A DNA stretch of 64,000 nt from an uncultured Chloroflexia bacterium (GCA_963701775.1 CAVPBH010000017.1:128729-192728); one strand, 5' to 3'; positions 17,446-28,133 are shown, counted from the first letter of the stretch. Numbers and translations are program-made. The notes: generated by a model from the letters alone, not told the origin.

Positions 17446-18608
17446 ACGTGCGGCGAGTCCTGGTTCTCGCCCGGCGGGTGATGCGGCAGATCCTGCGCGA
17501 CCGCCGGACCGTCGGGTTGCTGCTCTTTGCCCCGATGCTCGTGCTGACCCTGGGGGCGATCCTTTTCCGAGCCGAGCCGGCGCTCATCCCGCTGGGCGTC
17601 GTCGACGAGGACCGGGGGATGGCGACGTTGGCCGGCAAGGTGATCCTGGGGCAAGGCATCGTCGAAGAGCTGGAGGCCGGCGGGGCCTTCGATCTGGTCA
17701 CGTTGGCTCCCACCGAGGTCGAGGACCGGCTGCGCGACGGCAGCGTGCAGGCGGTCCTGGTCTTTCCGGAGGATTTCTCCGCCGGGTTCCAGGTGAACCG
17801 CCAGGCGGTTCTCGACCTGCGGCTGGAGGGCTCGAACCCCTCGCGGAGCATGGCGATCACGGCCCGCGTGACAGAGGCGGCGATGAAATCGCTCGCCGGG
17901 CTGCTGGCAAGCGGGCTGGGGATGCCGGGTGCGGCCCAGCCGGGTGGCGGCGAGACCCCTCTGCCGGTGACGGTGAAGGCGAGCTATCTCTTTGCCGGGG
18001 AAGAGTTCGACACGATGGATTTCGTGGCGCCGGTCTACATCGGCTTCCTCGCGCTCTTTTTTGTCTTTCTGCTGACCTGCGTCTCTTTCCTGCGCGAGCG
18101 CTCACAGGGCACGATGGAGCGGCTTTTGGCCACGCCCGCGCGCCGGGTCGAGGTCGTGCTCGGCTACATGGGCGGGCTGGGCTTTTTTGCTCTGATCCAG
18201 GTGGCGGTGATCCTCTTTTTCACGGTGTGGGTGCTCAAGATCCACTACCTGGGCAGCCTGGGGTTGGTGTTCCTGGTGATTGCCTTGCTGGCGGTGGTGG
18301 GAGTCAGCCTGGGGATCCTGGCCTCGACCTTCGCCCGCAACGAGTTCCAGGTGGTGCAGTTCATCCCGATCATCATTATCCCCCAGGCTTTGCTGGGGGA
18401 CCTTTTCTGGGCAGTGGAGGAGATGCCCCTCTACCTGAGGCCCTTTGCCTACCTAATGCCCATCACCTACGCCAACCGGGCACTGCGCGACGTGATGCTC
18501 AAGGGCTGGGGATTGGCCGAAATCTGGCCCAATCTGCTGATCCTGGTGGGGATTGCGGCGCTCCTTATCGTGCTGGGAGCGCTGACGATGCGGCGCGAGG
18601 TGGCGTGA
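17442..18608 (+). CDS. ABC-2 family transporter permease
   Basis: MNVRRVLVLARRVMRQILRDRRTVGLLLFAPMLVL, then 6 TM helices. Typical ABC-2 permease partner. The upstream part of the annotated ORF 17034-18608 is overlap artefact. Confidence 0.85.
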   Translation: MNVRRVLVLARRVMRQILRDRRTVGLLLFAPMLVLTLGAILFRAEPALIPLGVVDEDRGMATLAGKVILGQGIVEELEAGGAFDLVTLAPTEVEDRLRDGSVQAVLVFPEDFSAGFQVNRQAVLDLRLEGSNPSRSMAITARVTEAAMKSLAGLLASGLGMPGAAQPGGGETPLPVTVKASYLFAGEEFDTMDFVAPVYIGFLALFFVFLLTCVSFLRERSQGTMERLLATPARRVEVVLGYMGGLGFFALIQVAVILFFTVWVLKIHYLGSLGLVFLVIALLAVVGVSLGILASTFARNEFQVVQFIPIIIIPQALLGDLFWAVEEMPLYLRPFAYLMPITYANRALRDVMLKGWGLAEIWPNLLILVGIAALLIVLGALTMRREVA

Positions 18609-19580
18609 TTAGAGCCCCAGGCCGTAGGCCGCCGCCCCGAGCAATGCCGTGTCGGATTTGAGGATGACGTACACCGGCCACTGCGAGAGCATCTTGGCAA
18701 AGCGCCCCTTGTTCACGAAGGAAGCCATGAAGGTGCCGTCCTTGAGCTTGGGCAAGATCCTGGGCGGGATGCCGCCGCCCAGGTAGATCCCCCCGCTGGC
18801 CATTACCTTGAGTGCCAGGTTGCCGGCCTCTGCGCCCAGGATCGAGACAAAGGCATGGAGTGCCTCCGCGCACAGGTCGCTCTCGCCCGACATGGCCTTC
18901 TGGATGATGACGCGTGTCGGCTCGGGGGCTTGGTGGCATGCTTCGGCCGCTGACTGCGGCTCGCCGGCCAGGTGGGTCTCCCAGATATAGCCATATAGGT
19001 TGGGCAGGCCGATGCCCGAGCAGATGCGCTCGTAGCTGACGTGGTCGAACCTGTCCATCAGGTAGCGCAGTAGCCCAATCTCGAACGGATTTCTTGGGCC
19101 AAAATCGGTGTGCCCTCCCTCCGAGGCCAGGACGTGGTACTGCCCGTCGTGATGAAAGAGGACGGCCTCGCCCAGGCCGGTGCCGGGGGCGATAACTCCC
19201 TTGGTGCCGCCGCGGGGCGGGGCGTCGTTGAGCGTGCAGAGGTCGGCGGGGGACAGGTGGGGCACGCCGTATGCCGTCGCCTCCAGGTCGTTGAGGAGGG
19301 TGGCTTTCTGCAGCCCCAGCACCTGTTCCAGGGTGGCCTCGCGGATGACCCATGGCAGGTTGGTGACGGAAGCCTCTCCCTCAAAGACGGGGCCGGCTAC
19401 GCCAAAGACGGCGGTCTCCACGGGCGCGTGACCCTCGGCCAGGAACGACAGGCAGACGGCCTCCAGGCTGGGGTACTCCGCGCCTCGGAACGTGGCCTGG
19501 CGCAGGGGCGTCAGCCCAAGTTCGGGCGAATAGAGGGCCAGGTTGGTCTTGGTGGCTCCGATGTCTCCGGCGAGCAGCAT
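18609..19580 (-). CDS. glk: glucokinase
   Basis: MLLAGDIGATKTNLALY...GGGIPPRILPKL...LGAAAYG. Glk-family motifs. Confidence 0.85.
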   Translation of the reverse strand: MLLAGDIGATKTNLALYSPELGLTPLRQATFRGAEYPSLEAVCLSFLAEGHAPVETAVFGVAGPVFEGEASVTNLPWVIREATLEQVLGLQKATLLNDLEATAYGVPHLSPADLCTLNDAPPRGGTKGVIAPGTGLGEAVLFHHDGQYHVLASEGGHTDFGPRNPFEIGLLRYLMDRFDHVSYERICSGIGLPNLYGYIWETHLAGEPQSAAEACHQAPEPTRVIIQKAMSGESDLCAEALHAFVSILGAEAGNLALKVMASGGIYLGGGIPPRILPKLKDGTFMASFVNKGRFAKMLSQWPVYVILKSDTALLGAAAYGLGL

Positions 19581-19611
19581 CGAGTTCTCCTTCCTGAATC
19601 GGTACGACTCT

Positions 19612-20187
19612 CTAGTCCACAGGCCGGCCACCATCTCCCAGCAGCCGGTAGACGGTGGCAAAGTGATGCGCGTCGTGATGGACCCCTACCTGCAGCACCT
19701 GCACCAAGTTCAGCAAGCCTATGGCCGGGTCCCACAGGACGGCGTGACCCAAAAGCCGCTCGTCCTTCCCCTCATAGAAGAGATGGACTCTCCGGTGCTC
19801 AGCCTCGATGGCCTGCTGCAGGGCCGGGAGAGGAGCCGGGCGTTCTGCGGAGTGCTTCGGCGGCCACATCCAGCCAACATTCAGGGGAAAACCCGGCCGG
19901 GCATAGACGTCGTCAATCTCGGTCAGGTAGGGCCGGCCTCGCTTAAGGTAGGCCAGGGGCAGCAGGGCGGGCCAGGCGGCCGCGAAGATCCGGCGAAAGG
20001 ATCGCAATACCAACCACGCATGGTCGAGGTTCTCCCCGATGGACCAGTCCCGGGGGCCCGGCCGCTGCCACAGGCGCGCTTCGTCCATACCTGCCAGGCG
20101 GGCCAGGACGGCCTTTCTCTGAGCATCCAGCCGATCTAGGTGCATCTGAACGGCTTGAACGGCTTGTACAGCTTGTCCGGCGTGCAT
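19612..20187 (-). CDS. DinB/YfiT-like (DinB_2) metal-dependent protein
   Basis: MHLDRLDAQRKAVLARLAGMDEARLWQRPGPRDWSIGENLDHAWLVLRSF, a DinB-superfamily His-containing helix bundle. The N-terminus carries a QAV x3 repeat from a 9-nt tandem repeat. Confidence 0.65.
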   Translation of the reverse strand: MHAGQAVQAVQAVQMHLDRLDAQRKAVLARLAGMDEARLWQRPGPRDWSIGENLDHAWLVLRSFRRIFAAAWPALLPLAYLKRGRPYLTEIDDVYARPGFPLNVGWMWPPKHSAERPAPLPALQQAIEAEHRRVHLFYEGKDERLLGHAVLWDPAIGLLNLVQVLQVGVHHDAHHFATVYRLLGDGGRPVD

Positions 20188-20446
20188 CACTTGTCGCCTC
20201 CGTCGCCGATGGCCAACATTCCCGCCCAAGGTCCATGCTCCGGCAGGGAATGGCTCCTCTATTATAGACGGCAGATGCCGGACAGTCAAAAAGCCCCATT
20301 CTCTGGCGCCGTGACCGGGGAATGCTGGCTGGCTAGAGCCTTCTGTCTTTGTACGAGGGACGCTGCTTGCGCCGGCAGCCAAACCAGAATACAATCTGTG
20401 CGACGACAATGCAGCCGGCTCCAGCCGAGAAAGCCAAGGCAGAACC

Positions 20447-21565
20447 ATGGAAATCCGCCGCGTGGACACGACGAAACGCTCCGACGTGCGCCGCTTCGTA
20501 CAATTCCCCTTCGATCTCTACCGCGGCTGCACGCAGTGGGTGCCGCCCCTTCGCTCGGATGACCTCAAGGCCCTCGACCGGGCCGGCCACCCCTTCTATC
20601 GCCACGGTGCCGCCGAGTTCTTCCTGGCCGAAGGCCAGGGGCAGGTGCTGGGCCGCCTGGCGGTGATGGAAAACCGCATCTACAACGAGCACCTGGGCAC
20701 CCGGCGCGCATTCTTTGGCTTGTTCGAGTCTGTGGATGACCGGGAGGTCGCCTCCCGCCTCTTCGACGCCGCGTCCGACTGGGCGCGCGGGCAGCGCCTG
20801 AACGAGATGCTCGGCAGCCGCAAGCTCGGCTCTGCGGAGCCGGCCGGCATCCTGGTGGAGGGGTTTGAGCACCGGCCGGCACTGGATATGCCCTATAACC
20901 ATGCCTACTACGACGCCCTGGTCACCTCGGCCGGCTTTGAGAAAGAGAGTGAGACCATGTCGGGTTACCTGAGCGGCGACTACGAGCTGCCCGAGCGGTT
21001 CCACCGCATTGCGGAGAGGGTCAAGGAGCGCCGGGGCCTGTGGGTCAAGTCATTCGAGAGCAAGCGGGAGCTCTTGGCGTGGGTACCGCGTGTGGCGAAG
21101 GTCGTGACCGATTCCTTTGCCGAGTTTCCCGACTCGGTCCCGCCTACCGAAGACGAGATTGCCCAGTTCCGGGATGTGGTGCTTGCCGTCGCCCGTCCCA
21201 GCTTGATCAAGCTGGCGATGAAGGGCGACGAGGTCGTCGGTTTCCTCTTTGCCTACCCTGATATCTCGGCAGCACTGCAGAGGACGCGCGGGCGCCTCTG
21301 GCCTTTCGGCTGGGCTCATTTGCTTATCGAGCAGAGGCGCACGCCATGGGTCAACATCAACGGCATGGGGGCGCTGCCTGCCTACCAGGGGAGCGGCGCC
21401 ATTCTCCTGCTCTACACCGAGGTGGCCAAGGCCATTAAGCGCATCGGTTACCGGCACGCCGATGTCGTCGCGGTGGGGGAGGAGAACATGAAGAGCCGCG
21501 CCGAGATGGAGGCCATCGGCGTGCGCTGGTACAAGCGGCACCGAAGCTACCGGCGCGCGTTGTAG
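20447..21565 (+). CDS. GNAT-fold acyltransferase-like hypothetical protein
   Basis: 372 aa. MEIRRVDTTKRSDVRRFVQFPFDLY... The C-terminal part (GMGALPAYQGSGAILLL) looks like a GNAT acetyl-CoA site. Exact family not assignable. Confidence 0.45.
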   Translation: MEIRRVDTTKRSDVRRFVQFPFDLYRGCTQWVPPLRSDDLKALDRAGHPFYRHGAAEFFLAEGQGQVLGRLAVMENRIYNEHLGTRRAFFGLFESVDDREVASRLFDAASDWARGQRLNEMLGSRKLGSAEPAGILVEGFEHRPALDMPYNHAYYDALVTSAGFEKESETMSGYLSGDYELPERFHRIAERVKERRGLWVKSFESKRELLAWVPRVAKVVTDSFAEFPDSVPPTEDEIAQFRDVVLAVARPSLIKLAMKGDEVVGFLFAYPDISAALQRTRGRLWPFGWAHLLIEQRRTPWVNINGMGALPAYQGSGAILLLYTEVAKAIKRIGYRHADVVAVGEENMKSRAEMEAIGVRWYKRHRSYRRAL

Positions 21566-21594
21566 TCATCTGAACCATTGAAGGAGGCCCGTCT

Positions 21595-22992
21595 ATGCCA
21601 GACGAACACCCGAGGGTCTACCCCTACATCCCCAACTCCGTGCCGGAAGCCAGGCAGCGCATGCTCCGGGAAGTCGGCGCCGAGGGCACCGACGAGTTCT
21701 ACGCCGACGTGCCGGAGGAGCTCCGCCTCCATCGGCCCCTGAACTTGCCGCCTCCCCTTCTCTCCGAGGCGGCCCTGAAGCGGCACGTAGAAGGGATCCT
21801 GGCGCGGAACCGGCCGGCCGGCGAGCTGCTGAGCTTCCTGGGGGCCGGCTGCTACCAGCACCACGTGCCGGCCGTCTGCGACGAGGTCAACAGCCGCGGC
21901 GAGTTCCTGACGGCCTATGCCGGCGAGCCCTACGACGACCACGGCCGCTTCCAGACGCTGTTCGAGTACGCCAGCATGATGGGCGAGCTGCTGAACATGG
22001 ACGTCGTCAACGTGCCCGTCTACGACGGCTACCAGGCGGCCGCTACCGCCATCCGCATGGCGGCGCGGATCACCGGCCGGCACGAAGCGCTGCTGTGCCG
22101 GGCGATCAGCCCCGCCAAGCTTTCCAAGATCCGGGATTACTGCCGGCGATCGGTCTCGATTGGGCTGGTCGGCTATGACCGGCAGACCGGGCAGGTGGAT
22201 CTCGACGACCTGCGGGCAGCCGTCTCCGACCGGACGGCCGCCGTCTATTTCGAGAACCCATCCTACCTGGGCGTTATCGAGGGCCACGGCGACGAGATCG
22301 CCCGCATCGCCCACGAGAAGGGCGCGGTGTGCGTGGTGGGCGTCGATCCCCTCTCGCTGGGCGTCCTGGCGCCGCCGGCCGACTATGGCGCCGACATTGC
22401 CTGTGGCGACATCCAGCCGCTGGGCATGCACATGCAGTTTGGCGGGGGGCATGCCGGCTTTATCGCTACCCGCGACGAGGAGCGCTACGTCCTGGAGTAC
22501 CCCTCGCGGCTTTTTGGTATTGCGCCCACGCGCGTGCCGGGGGAGTATGGCTTTGGTGACGTGGCCTACGAGCGGACCTCCTTTGCCCGGCGCGAGGAGG
22601 GCAAAGAGTGGGTGGGCACTGCGGCCGCGCTGTGGGGCATCACCGCCGGCGTGTACCTGGCCCTGATGGGGCCGCAGGGCATGGCCGAGATCGGCGAAGG
22701 GATCATGCTCGCGGGCGCGCTATGCCATGCAGCAGTTGGCCAAGATCCCCGGCGTCAAGGCGCCGGCCTTTGGCGCTTCTCACTTCCAGGAGTTTGTCGT
22801 CGATCTGAACGGGACGGGCAGGACGGTGGCGGAGGTAAACCATGGCCTGCTCGAGCGCGGCATCCTGGGCGGGGTGGACCTCAGCCTGGAGTTCCCGGAG
22901 CTGGGCGAGAGCGCCCTCTACTGCCGTGAGCGAGGTCCACACCAAGGCGGACATCGATCGCCTGGCCGCGGCCCTGGAGGAGGTGGTGGCAT
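21595..22992 (+). CDS. gcvPA: glycine dehydrogenase (decarboxylating) subunit 1
   Basis: MPDEHPRVYPYIPNS...GADIACGDIQPLGMHMQFGGGHAGF. The C-terminus ...ALYC/VSEVHTKADIDRLAAALEEVVA is recoverable only by assuming two compensating indels near 22715 and 22925. The ATGA overlap with gcvPB sits at 22989. Confidence 0.9.
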
Positions 22993-24580
22993 GAGGGACA
23001 TCTCTGCCGAGCGAACCGTCGACGGCAAGCCCTGGCTGCGGCGCTTCCACCAGGCCCGCTGGGACGAGCCGGTCATCTTTGAGCTGAGCCAACCGGGCCA
23101 GCGCGGCATCCTGGTGCCGGAGGTCGAGCCCGAAATCCGGCAAGGAGGTGGGCGACAGTCCTGGCCGAGCTGCCCGCAGACGATGCGCCGCAAGCAGCCG
23201 CCGGCCCTGCCCGAGCTGTCGCAGCCGGCCGTCCTGCGCCATTACGTCCGCCTGTCGCAGGAGAACCTGGGAGCCGACCTCAACGTCGACGTGGGGCAGG
23301 GCACCTGCACCATGAAGTACAGCCCCAAGATCAACGACCAGCTTGCCCGCAGCCCCAAGGTGGCCGACTTGCACCCGCTCCAGGACGAGGCGACGGTCCA
23401 GGGCATCCTGGAGATCCTCTACCGCTTTGAGCAGATCCTGAAAGAAATCTCGGGCATGGACCGCTTCTCGCTCCAGCCCGGCGCCGGATCGGCGGCGATC
23501 TACACCAACGCCGCCATCATCCGGGCGTATCACGCGTCGCGCGGCGAGCCGCAGCGCGACGAGATCATCACCACCATCTTTTCGCACCCCTCGAACGCGG
23601 CCTGCGCCCGGACGGCCGGCTTCAAGATCATCACCCTTTACCCGGACGACGACGGCTACCCCGACCTGGAGGCGCTGAAGGCGGCCGTCTCGGAGCGCAC
23701 CGCCGGGCTGATGATCACCAACCCGGAGGACACCGGCATCTACAACCCCAAGATCGTCGAGTTTGTGCGGGTGGTGCACGAGGCGGGTGGGGTGTGCGCC
23801 TACGACCAGGCCAACCTGAACGGCATCCTGGGCATTACCCGCGCCCGGGAGGCCGGCTTTGACCTGTGCCACTTTAACCTGCACAAGACCTTCAGCACGC
23901 CGCATGGCTGTGGCGGGCCGGGGGCCGGCGCGGTGGGGGCGACGGCAGAGATGGCCTGCTTCCTGCCTGTGCCGCTCGTCGAGTTCGACGGCGCGCGCTA
24001 CTCACTGGACTATGACCGGCCGGACAGCATCGGCAAGATCCGTCCCTTCTACGGCAATGCCCCCGTCATCCTGAAGGCCTATGCCTGGGTGATGAGCCTG
24101 GGCGCCGAAGGGCTGCGCGAGGTGGCCGAGATCGCCGTCCTCAACAACAACTACCTGCTGCACAAGGTGCGCCAGATCCCCGGCGTGAGCGCACCCTATG
24201 CCAGGGGCAAGCGCCGCATCGAGCAGGTGCGCTACTCCTGGGAAGAGCTGGCGCGCGAGACCGGCGTCCACACGGAAGAGATTGGGCTGCGGGCGGCGGA
24301 TTTCGGCGTGCACTACTGGCTCAGCCACCATCCGTACGTCGTGCCGGAGCCGTGCACGCTGGAGCCGACCGAGTCCTATTCCCAGGCCGAGCTGGACGAA
24401 TACGCCGCGATCCTGGCCCATGTAGCCGAGGAGGCACGGACCGATCCCGAGAGGGTGCGCCAGGCGCCGCACAACAGCACCGTGCACACGATCGACCATC
24501 ACCCGCTCGACGACCCGGCGCAGTGGGCCGTGACCTGGCGGGCGTACCGCAGGAAGGTGGGGCAACAGCCGGGTGGCTAA
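22989..24580 (+). CDS. gcvPB: glycine dehydrogenase (decarboxylating) subunit 2
   Basis: MRDISAERTVDGKPWLRRFHQARWDEPVIFELSQ...PALPELSQPAVLRHYVRLSQENLG...NLHKTFSTPHGCGGPG (PLP-Lys motif). A short stretch near 23135-23200 is readable only with frame hops. Confidence 0.9.
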
Positions 24581-25694
24581 GCTCGGACTGATCGTGAACC
24601 CGGTCGCGGGGATCGGCGGCCGGGTGGGTTTGAAGGGCAGCGATGGGGCCGAGATCCAGCGGCGCGCGCAGGCATTGGGGGCGGTGCCCCAGGCGCAGGC
24701 GCGCGCTGCGCAGGCGCTGGAGCGGCTGAGGCGGCTGGTAGGGGAGGTTGATCTGATCACCTACCCTGGAGAGATGGGCGAAGACGTCGCGCGGGCGTGC
24801 GGCTTTGATCCGGTGGTTGCCGGCGCCATCCGGCCGGGGCAGACCAGCGCCGAGGACACGCGGCGGGCCGCGCGAGAGATGCGGGAGAGAGGGGTCGACC
24901 TGCTCCTCTTTGCCGGCGGCGACGGCACGGCGCGCAACATCTACGAGGCTGTGGGCGAGGACCTGGTCGTGCTGGGCATCCCGGCAGGCGTCAAGATCCA
25001 TTCGGCGGTGTACGCCACCCAGCCCGGCGCGGCGGGCGAGCTGGCGGCGCTGTATCTCGAAGGGCGGGCCGACGGGGTGCGCGAGGCCGAGGTGATGGAC
25101 ATCGACGAGGAGGCGTTCCGGCAGGGCAGCCTCTCGGCGCGGCTCTACGGCTATCTCCGCATCCCGGTGCGCTTGGGCATGGTGCAGAGCCAGAAGGTGC
25201 CTAGCACCGGTGAAGAGGCTTCCGTGGCAGCCATCGCCATTGACGTTGTGGAAAAGATGGAGCCGGGCGTCCTCTACATCCTCGGCCCGGGCACCACGGT
25301 CCGCGCGATAGCCGCCGAGCTGGGCGTGAGCAAGACGCTGCTTGGGGTGGACGTCGGTGCTGGACCGGGCGCTGGTCTTGGCCGACGCCAACGAGGCGCA
25401 GCTCCTGGCGCTGCTCGAGGGCGCCCGGCCAAGATCGTGGTCACGCCCATCGGCGGGCAGGGGTTCCTCTTTGGCCGGGGGAACCAGCAGCTCAGCCCGC
25501 GGGTCATCGCGGCAGTGGGGCGGGAGAACATCATCGTCGTGAGCACCCCGGATAAGCTGCACGGCCTGGGCCGGCAGCCTCTCCTGGTGGATACCGGCGA
25601 TCCGGCGGTGGACGCGATGCTGAGCGGCTATCTGATGGTGATCACGGGCTACAACGAGCGAGCGGTGCGGAAGGTGACCGGCAGCGGCGGATGA
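24573..25694 (+). CDS. ATP-NAD kinase family protein (NAD kinase-like)
   Basis: GLIVNPVAGIGG...LLLFAGGDGT (NAD-kinase GGDGT motif). The C-terminus ...TLLGVDV/VLDRALVLADANEAQLLALLEGAR/PKIVVTPIGGQGFLFGRGNQQ needs two compensating indels near 25357 and 25428. Confidence 0.65.
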   Translation: MAKLGLIVNPVAGIGGRVGLKGSDGAEIQRRAQALGAVPQAQARAAQALERLRRLVGEVDLITYPGEMGEDVARACGFDPVVAGAIRPGQTSAEDTRRAAREMRERGVDLLLFAGGDGTARNIYEAVGEDLVVLGIPAGVKIHSAVYATQPGAAGELAALYLEGRADGVREAEVMDIDEEAFRQGSLSARLYGYLRIPVRLGMVQSQKVPSTGEEASVAAIAIDVVEKMEPGVLYILGPGTTVRAIAAELGVSKTLLGVDVGAGPGAGLGRRQRGAAPGAARGRPAKIVVTPIGGQGFLFGRGNQQLSPRVIAAVGRENIIVVSTPDKLHGLGRQPLLVDTGDPAVDAMLSGYLMVITGYNERAVRKVTGSGG

Positions 25695-25716
25695 GGGGGA
25701 CACTGAGGAGAAGGCG

Positions 25717-26478
25717 ATGCGTTTTGAGGACAAGGTTGCACTGATCACCGGCGGGACCTCGGGCATTGGCCGGGCGACGGCGCTGCTCTTTGCCCAGGAG
25801 GGGGCGAAGGTGGCGGTCGCCGGCCGCGACGAGAAGCGGGGACGAGAGGTGGTGGACGACATCGAGAAGAGGGGTGGCTCTGCCCTCTTTCTCCCATGCG
25901 ACGTCCGCCTGGCGGATGACTGCCGCCGGGCCGTGGATGAGACGGTACGGGCCTTTGGCCGGCTGGATGTGTTGTTCAACAACGCCGGCGTCTACCTGGC
26001 CAATACAGTGGTCGCCTGCACGGAAGAGGAATGGGACCTGACCGTGGATACCGGGCTGAAAGGGACCTTCCTCATGTCCAAGTTCGCCATCCCGATCATG
26101 GTCGCCCAGGGCGGCGGAGCGATCGTCAACAACGCCTCCGGCTGGGGGCTGGTGGGGGGCGACCAGGCGGCGGCGTACTGCGCGGCCAAGGGAGGGGTAG
26201 TGGTGTTGACCAAGGCCATGGCCGTCGACCATGCCAGGCAGGGGGTCCGCGTGAACTGCGTCTGCCCGGGCGATGTGGACACGCCGATGCTGCCGGAGGA
26301 CGCCCGGCGGCGGGGCCTGGCCTGGGAGGCGTACCTGGCCGGCGCTGCCCAGCGGCCGATGGGCCGCATCGGCCGGCCAGAGGAGGTGGCACGGGCGGTG
26401 CTGTTCCTGGCTTCGGAGGACGCGTCCTTCATCACCGGCGCAGCGCTGGCGGTGGATGGCGGCGGCGTGGCCGATTGA
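25717..26478 (+). CDS. SDR family oxidoreductase (paralog 1 of 3)
   Basis: ALITGGTSGIGRA, NNAG, YCAAKGG. 253 aa. Confidence 0.85.
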   Translation: MRFEDKVALITGGTSGIGRATALLFAQEGAKVAVAGRDEKRGREVVDDIEKRGGSALFLPCDVRLADDCRRAVDETVRAFGRLDVLFNNAGVYLANTVVACTEEEWDLTVDTGLKGTFLMSKFAIPIMVAQGGGAIVNNASGWGLVGGDQAAAYCAAKGGVVVLTKAMAVDHARQGVRVNCVCPGDVDTPMLPEDARRRGLAWEAYLAGAAQRPMGRIGRPEEVARAVLFLASEDASFITGAALAVDGGGVAD

Positions 26479-26499
26479 GCAGGCCCTCAGGGAGGGAAG

Positions 26500-27261
26500 A
26501 TGGATATCCTGAAGGGTAGACGGGCATTGATCACCGGCGGGGCGTCGGGCATCGGGCGGGCCATCGCCGAGCTCTTTGCCCGCGAGGGTGCGGCCGTGGC
26601 CGTCGTCGACCTCAATGCCGCCGGCCAGGCGACGGCCGACGCCATCACGGCGGCGGGAGGGCACGCCCTCTTTGTTCGGGCCGACGTCACCCGGATGGAG
26701 GACTGCCGTCGGGCCGTAGACGAGACGCTGCAGGCGTTCGGCGGGTTGGATGTCCTGGTCAACTGTGCCGGCATCATCCGGCGCGCCAGTGTTCTCGGCA
26801 CGACCGAGGAAGAGTGGGACCGGGTGATGGCGGTCAACGTCAAGTCGGTTTTCTTGATGAGCAAGTGTGCCATCCCAGCCATGGCCCGGGCGGGCGGAGG
26901 CGTCATTCTCAACATCGGCTCGGGCTGGGGACTGAAAGGCGGGCGGGACGCCGTGGCCTACTGCGCCTCCAAGGGGGCCGTGGTGAATATGACGCGCGCC
27001 ATGGCGTTGGATCACGCCGGCCAGGGCATCCGCGTCAACTGCATCTGCCCGGGTGACACCGACACGCCCATGCTGCGCGAGGAGGCCCGGCAGCTCGGAC
27101 AGGCCGAGGGCCAGTTCCTTGCCTCGTCGGCCGAGCGCCCGCTGCGCCGCCTTGGCACGCCCGAAGAGATCGCCCAGGCAGCCCTCTACCTGGCCAGCGA
27201 CGCGGCCACTTTCGTGACCGGCACATCCCTGGTCGTGGATGGCGGCGGACTGGCGGGGTGA
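26500..27261 (+). CDS. SDR family oxidoreductase (paralog 2 of 3)
   Basis: ALITGGASGIGRA, NCAG, YCASKGA. 253 aa. Confidence 0.85.
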   Translation: MDILKGRRALITGGASGIGRAIAELFAREGAAVAVVDLNAAGQATADAITAAGGHALFVRADVTRMEDCRRAVDETLQAFGGLDVLVNCAGIIRRASVLGTTEEEWDRVMAVNVKSVFLMSKCAIPAMARAGGGVILNIGSGWGLKGGRDAVAYCASKGAVVNMTRAMALDHAGQGIRVNCICPGDTDTPMLREEARQLGQAEGQFLASSAERPLRRLGTPEEIAQAALYLASDAATFVTGTSLVVDGGGLAG

Positions 27262-27336
27262 AGGGCGATCCACGAAGGACACGAAGAACACGAAGGATTC
27301 CCGTCCGGATTCCCCTGCAACTGCGATGATTAGGAG

Positions 27337-28098
27337 GTGACCATGCGTGGACTGAAGGGCAAGCGAATCTTGATCACCGGCGGCGTGGGTGGCATTGGCC
27401 GGGCGATGGCCGTCCGCTTCCTGGAGGAGGGTGCGCTCGTCGCCGTGCTGGATCGCGACGACCGGGCCTGCCGCGAGCTGGAAAAGGAGCTTCCCAACCT
27501 GGACGGCTACATCGTGGCCGACGTGTCGAACCCCGAAGACGTCGCCCAGGCGTTCGAGGAGCTGGACGAGCTCTTTGGCGGGCCCGACGTCCTGATCAAC
27601 AACGCCGGGATCAGCCTCCGGCACGCGTTTCTGGATCTCTCCCCCGAGGACTGGCGCAGGGTGATCGACACCAACCTAACGGGCGCCTTCCAGGTAGCCC
27701 AGCAGGCGGCGCGGCGGATGCTGGAGGCAGGCGGCGGGATCATTCTGAACATGGGCTCGACCAACGGCCTGATGGGGTACCCCTACTATGCCGACTACAA
27801 CGCCTCCAAGGCAGGCGTCATCGAGCTGACGCGCTCCATGGCCCTGGAGCTGGCTCCCTCGATCCGCGTCAACTGCGTCTGCCCAGGCTTTATCCTGACG
27901 CCCATGCAGGAGGCCGAGTACACAGCGGAGATGCAGAGTGCATTTGCGAGCAAGGTGCCACTCCAGCGCCTCGGCCGCCCGGAAGACGTCGCCGCACTCT
28001 TTGCCTTCCTGGCTTCCGATGATGCCGCATTCATCACCGGTCAGGCGTTCGTGATCGACGGCGGCGAAATCGCGGGCGGATTGGCCAGCCAACGGTAA
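27337..28098 (+). CDS. SDR family oxidoreductase (paralog 3 of 3)
   Basis: ILITGGVGGIGRA, NNAG, YNASKAG. 253 aa. Confidence 0.85.
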   Translation: MTMRGLKGKRILITGGVGGIGRAMAVRFLEEGALVAVLDRDDRACRELEKELPNLDGYIVADVSNPEDVAQAFEELDELFGGPDVLINNAGISLRHAFLDLSPEDWRRVIDTNLTGAFQVAQQAARRMLEAGGGIILNMGSTNGLMGYPYYADYNASKAGVIELTRSMALELAPSIRVNCVCPGFILTPMQEAEYTAEMQSAFASKVPLQRLGRPEDVAALFAFLASDDAAFITGQAFVIDGGEIAGGLASQR

Positions 28099-28133
28099 GT
28101 GCCGGCGGGCGCGCGCAGATCGCACATCTCCAT

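Noticed and set aside
21595-25694. Calling gcvPA, gcvPB, the NAD-kinase-like gene, hppA, S2P and the MFS gene pseudogenes because of internal frameshifts.
   Set aside because: The frameshifts come in compensating pairs within homopolymer runs and hit obviously essential genes. Assembly indel error is far more likely than simultaneous decay.
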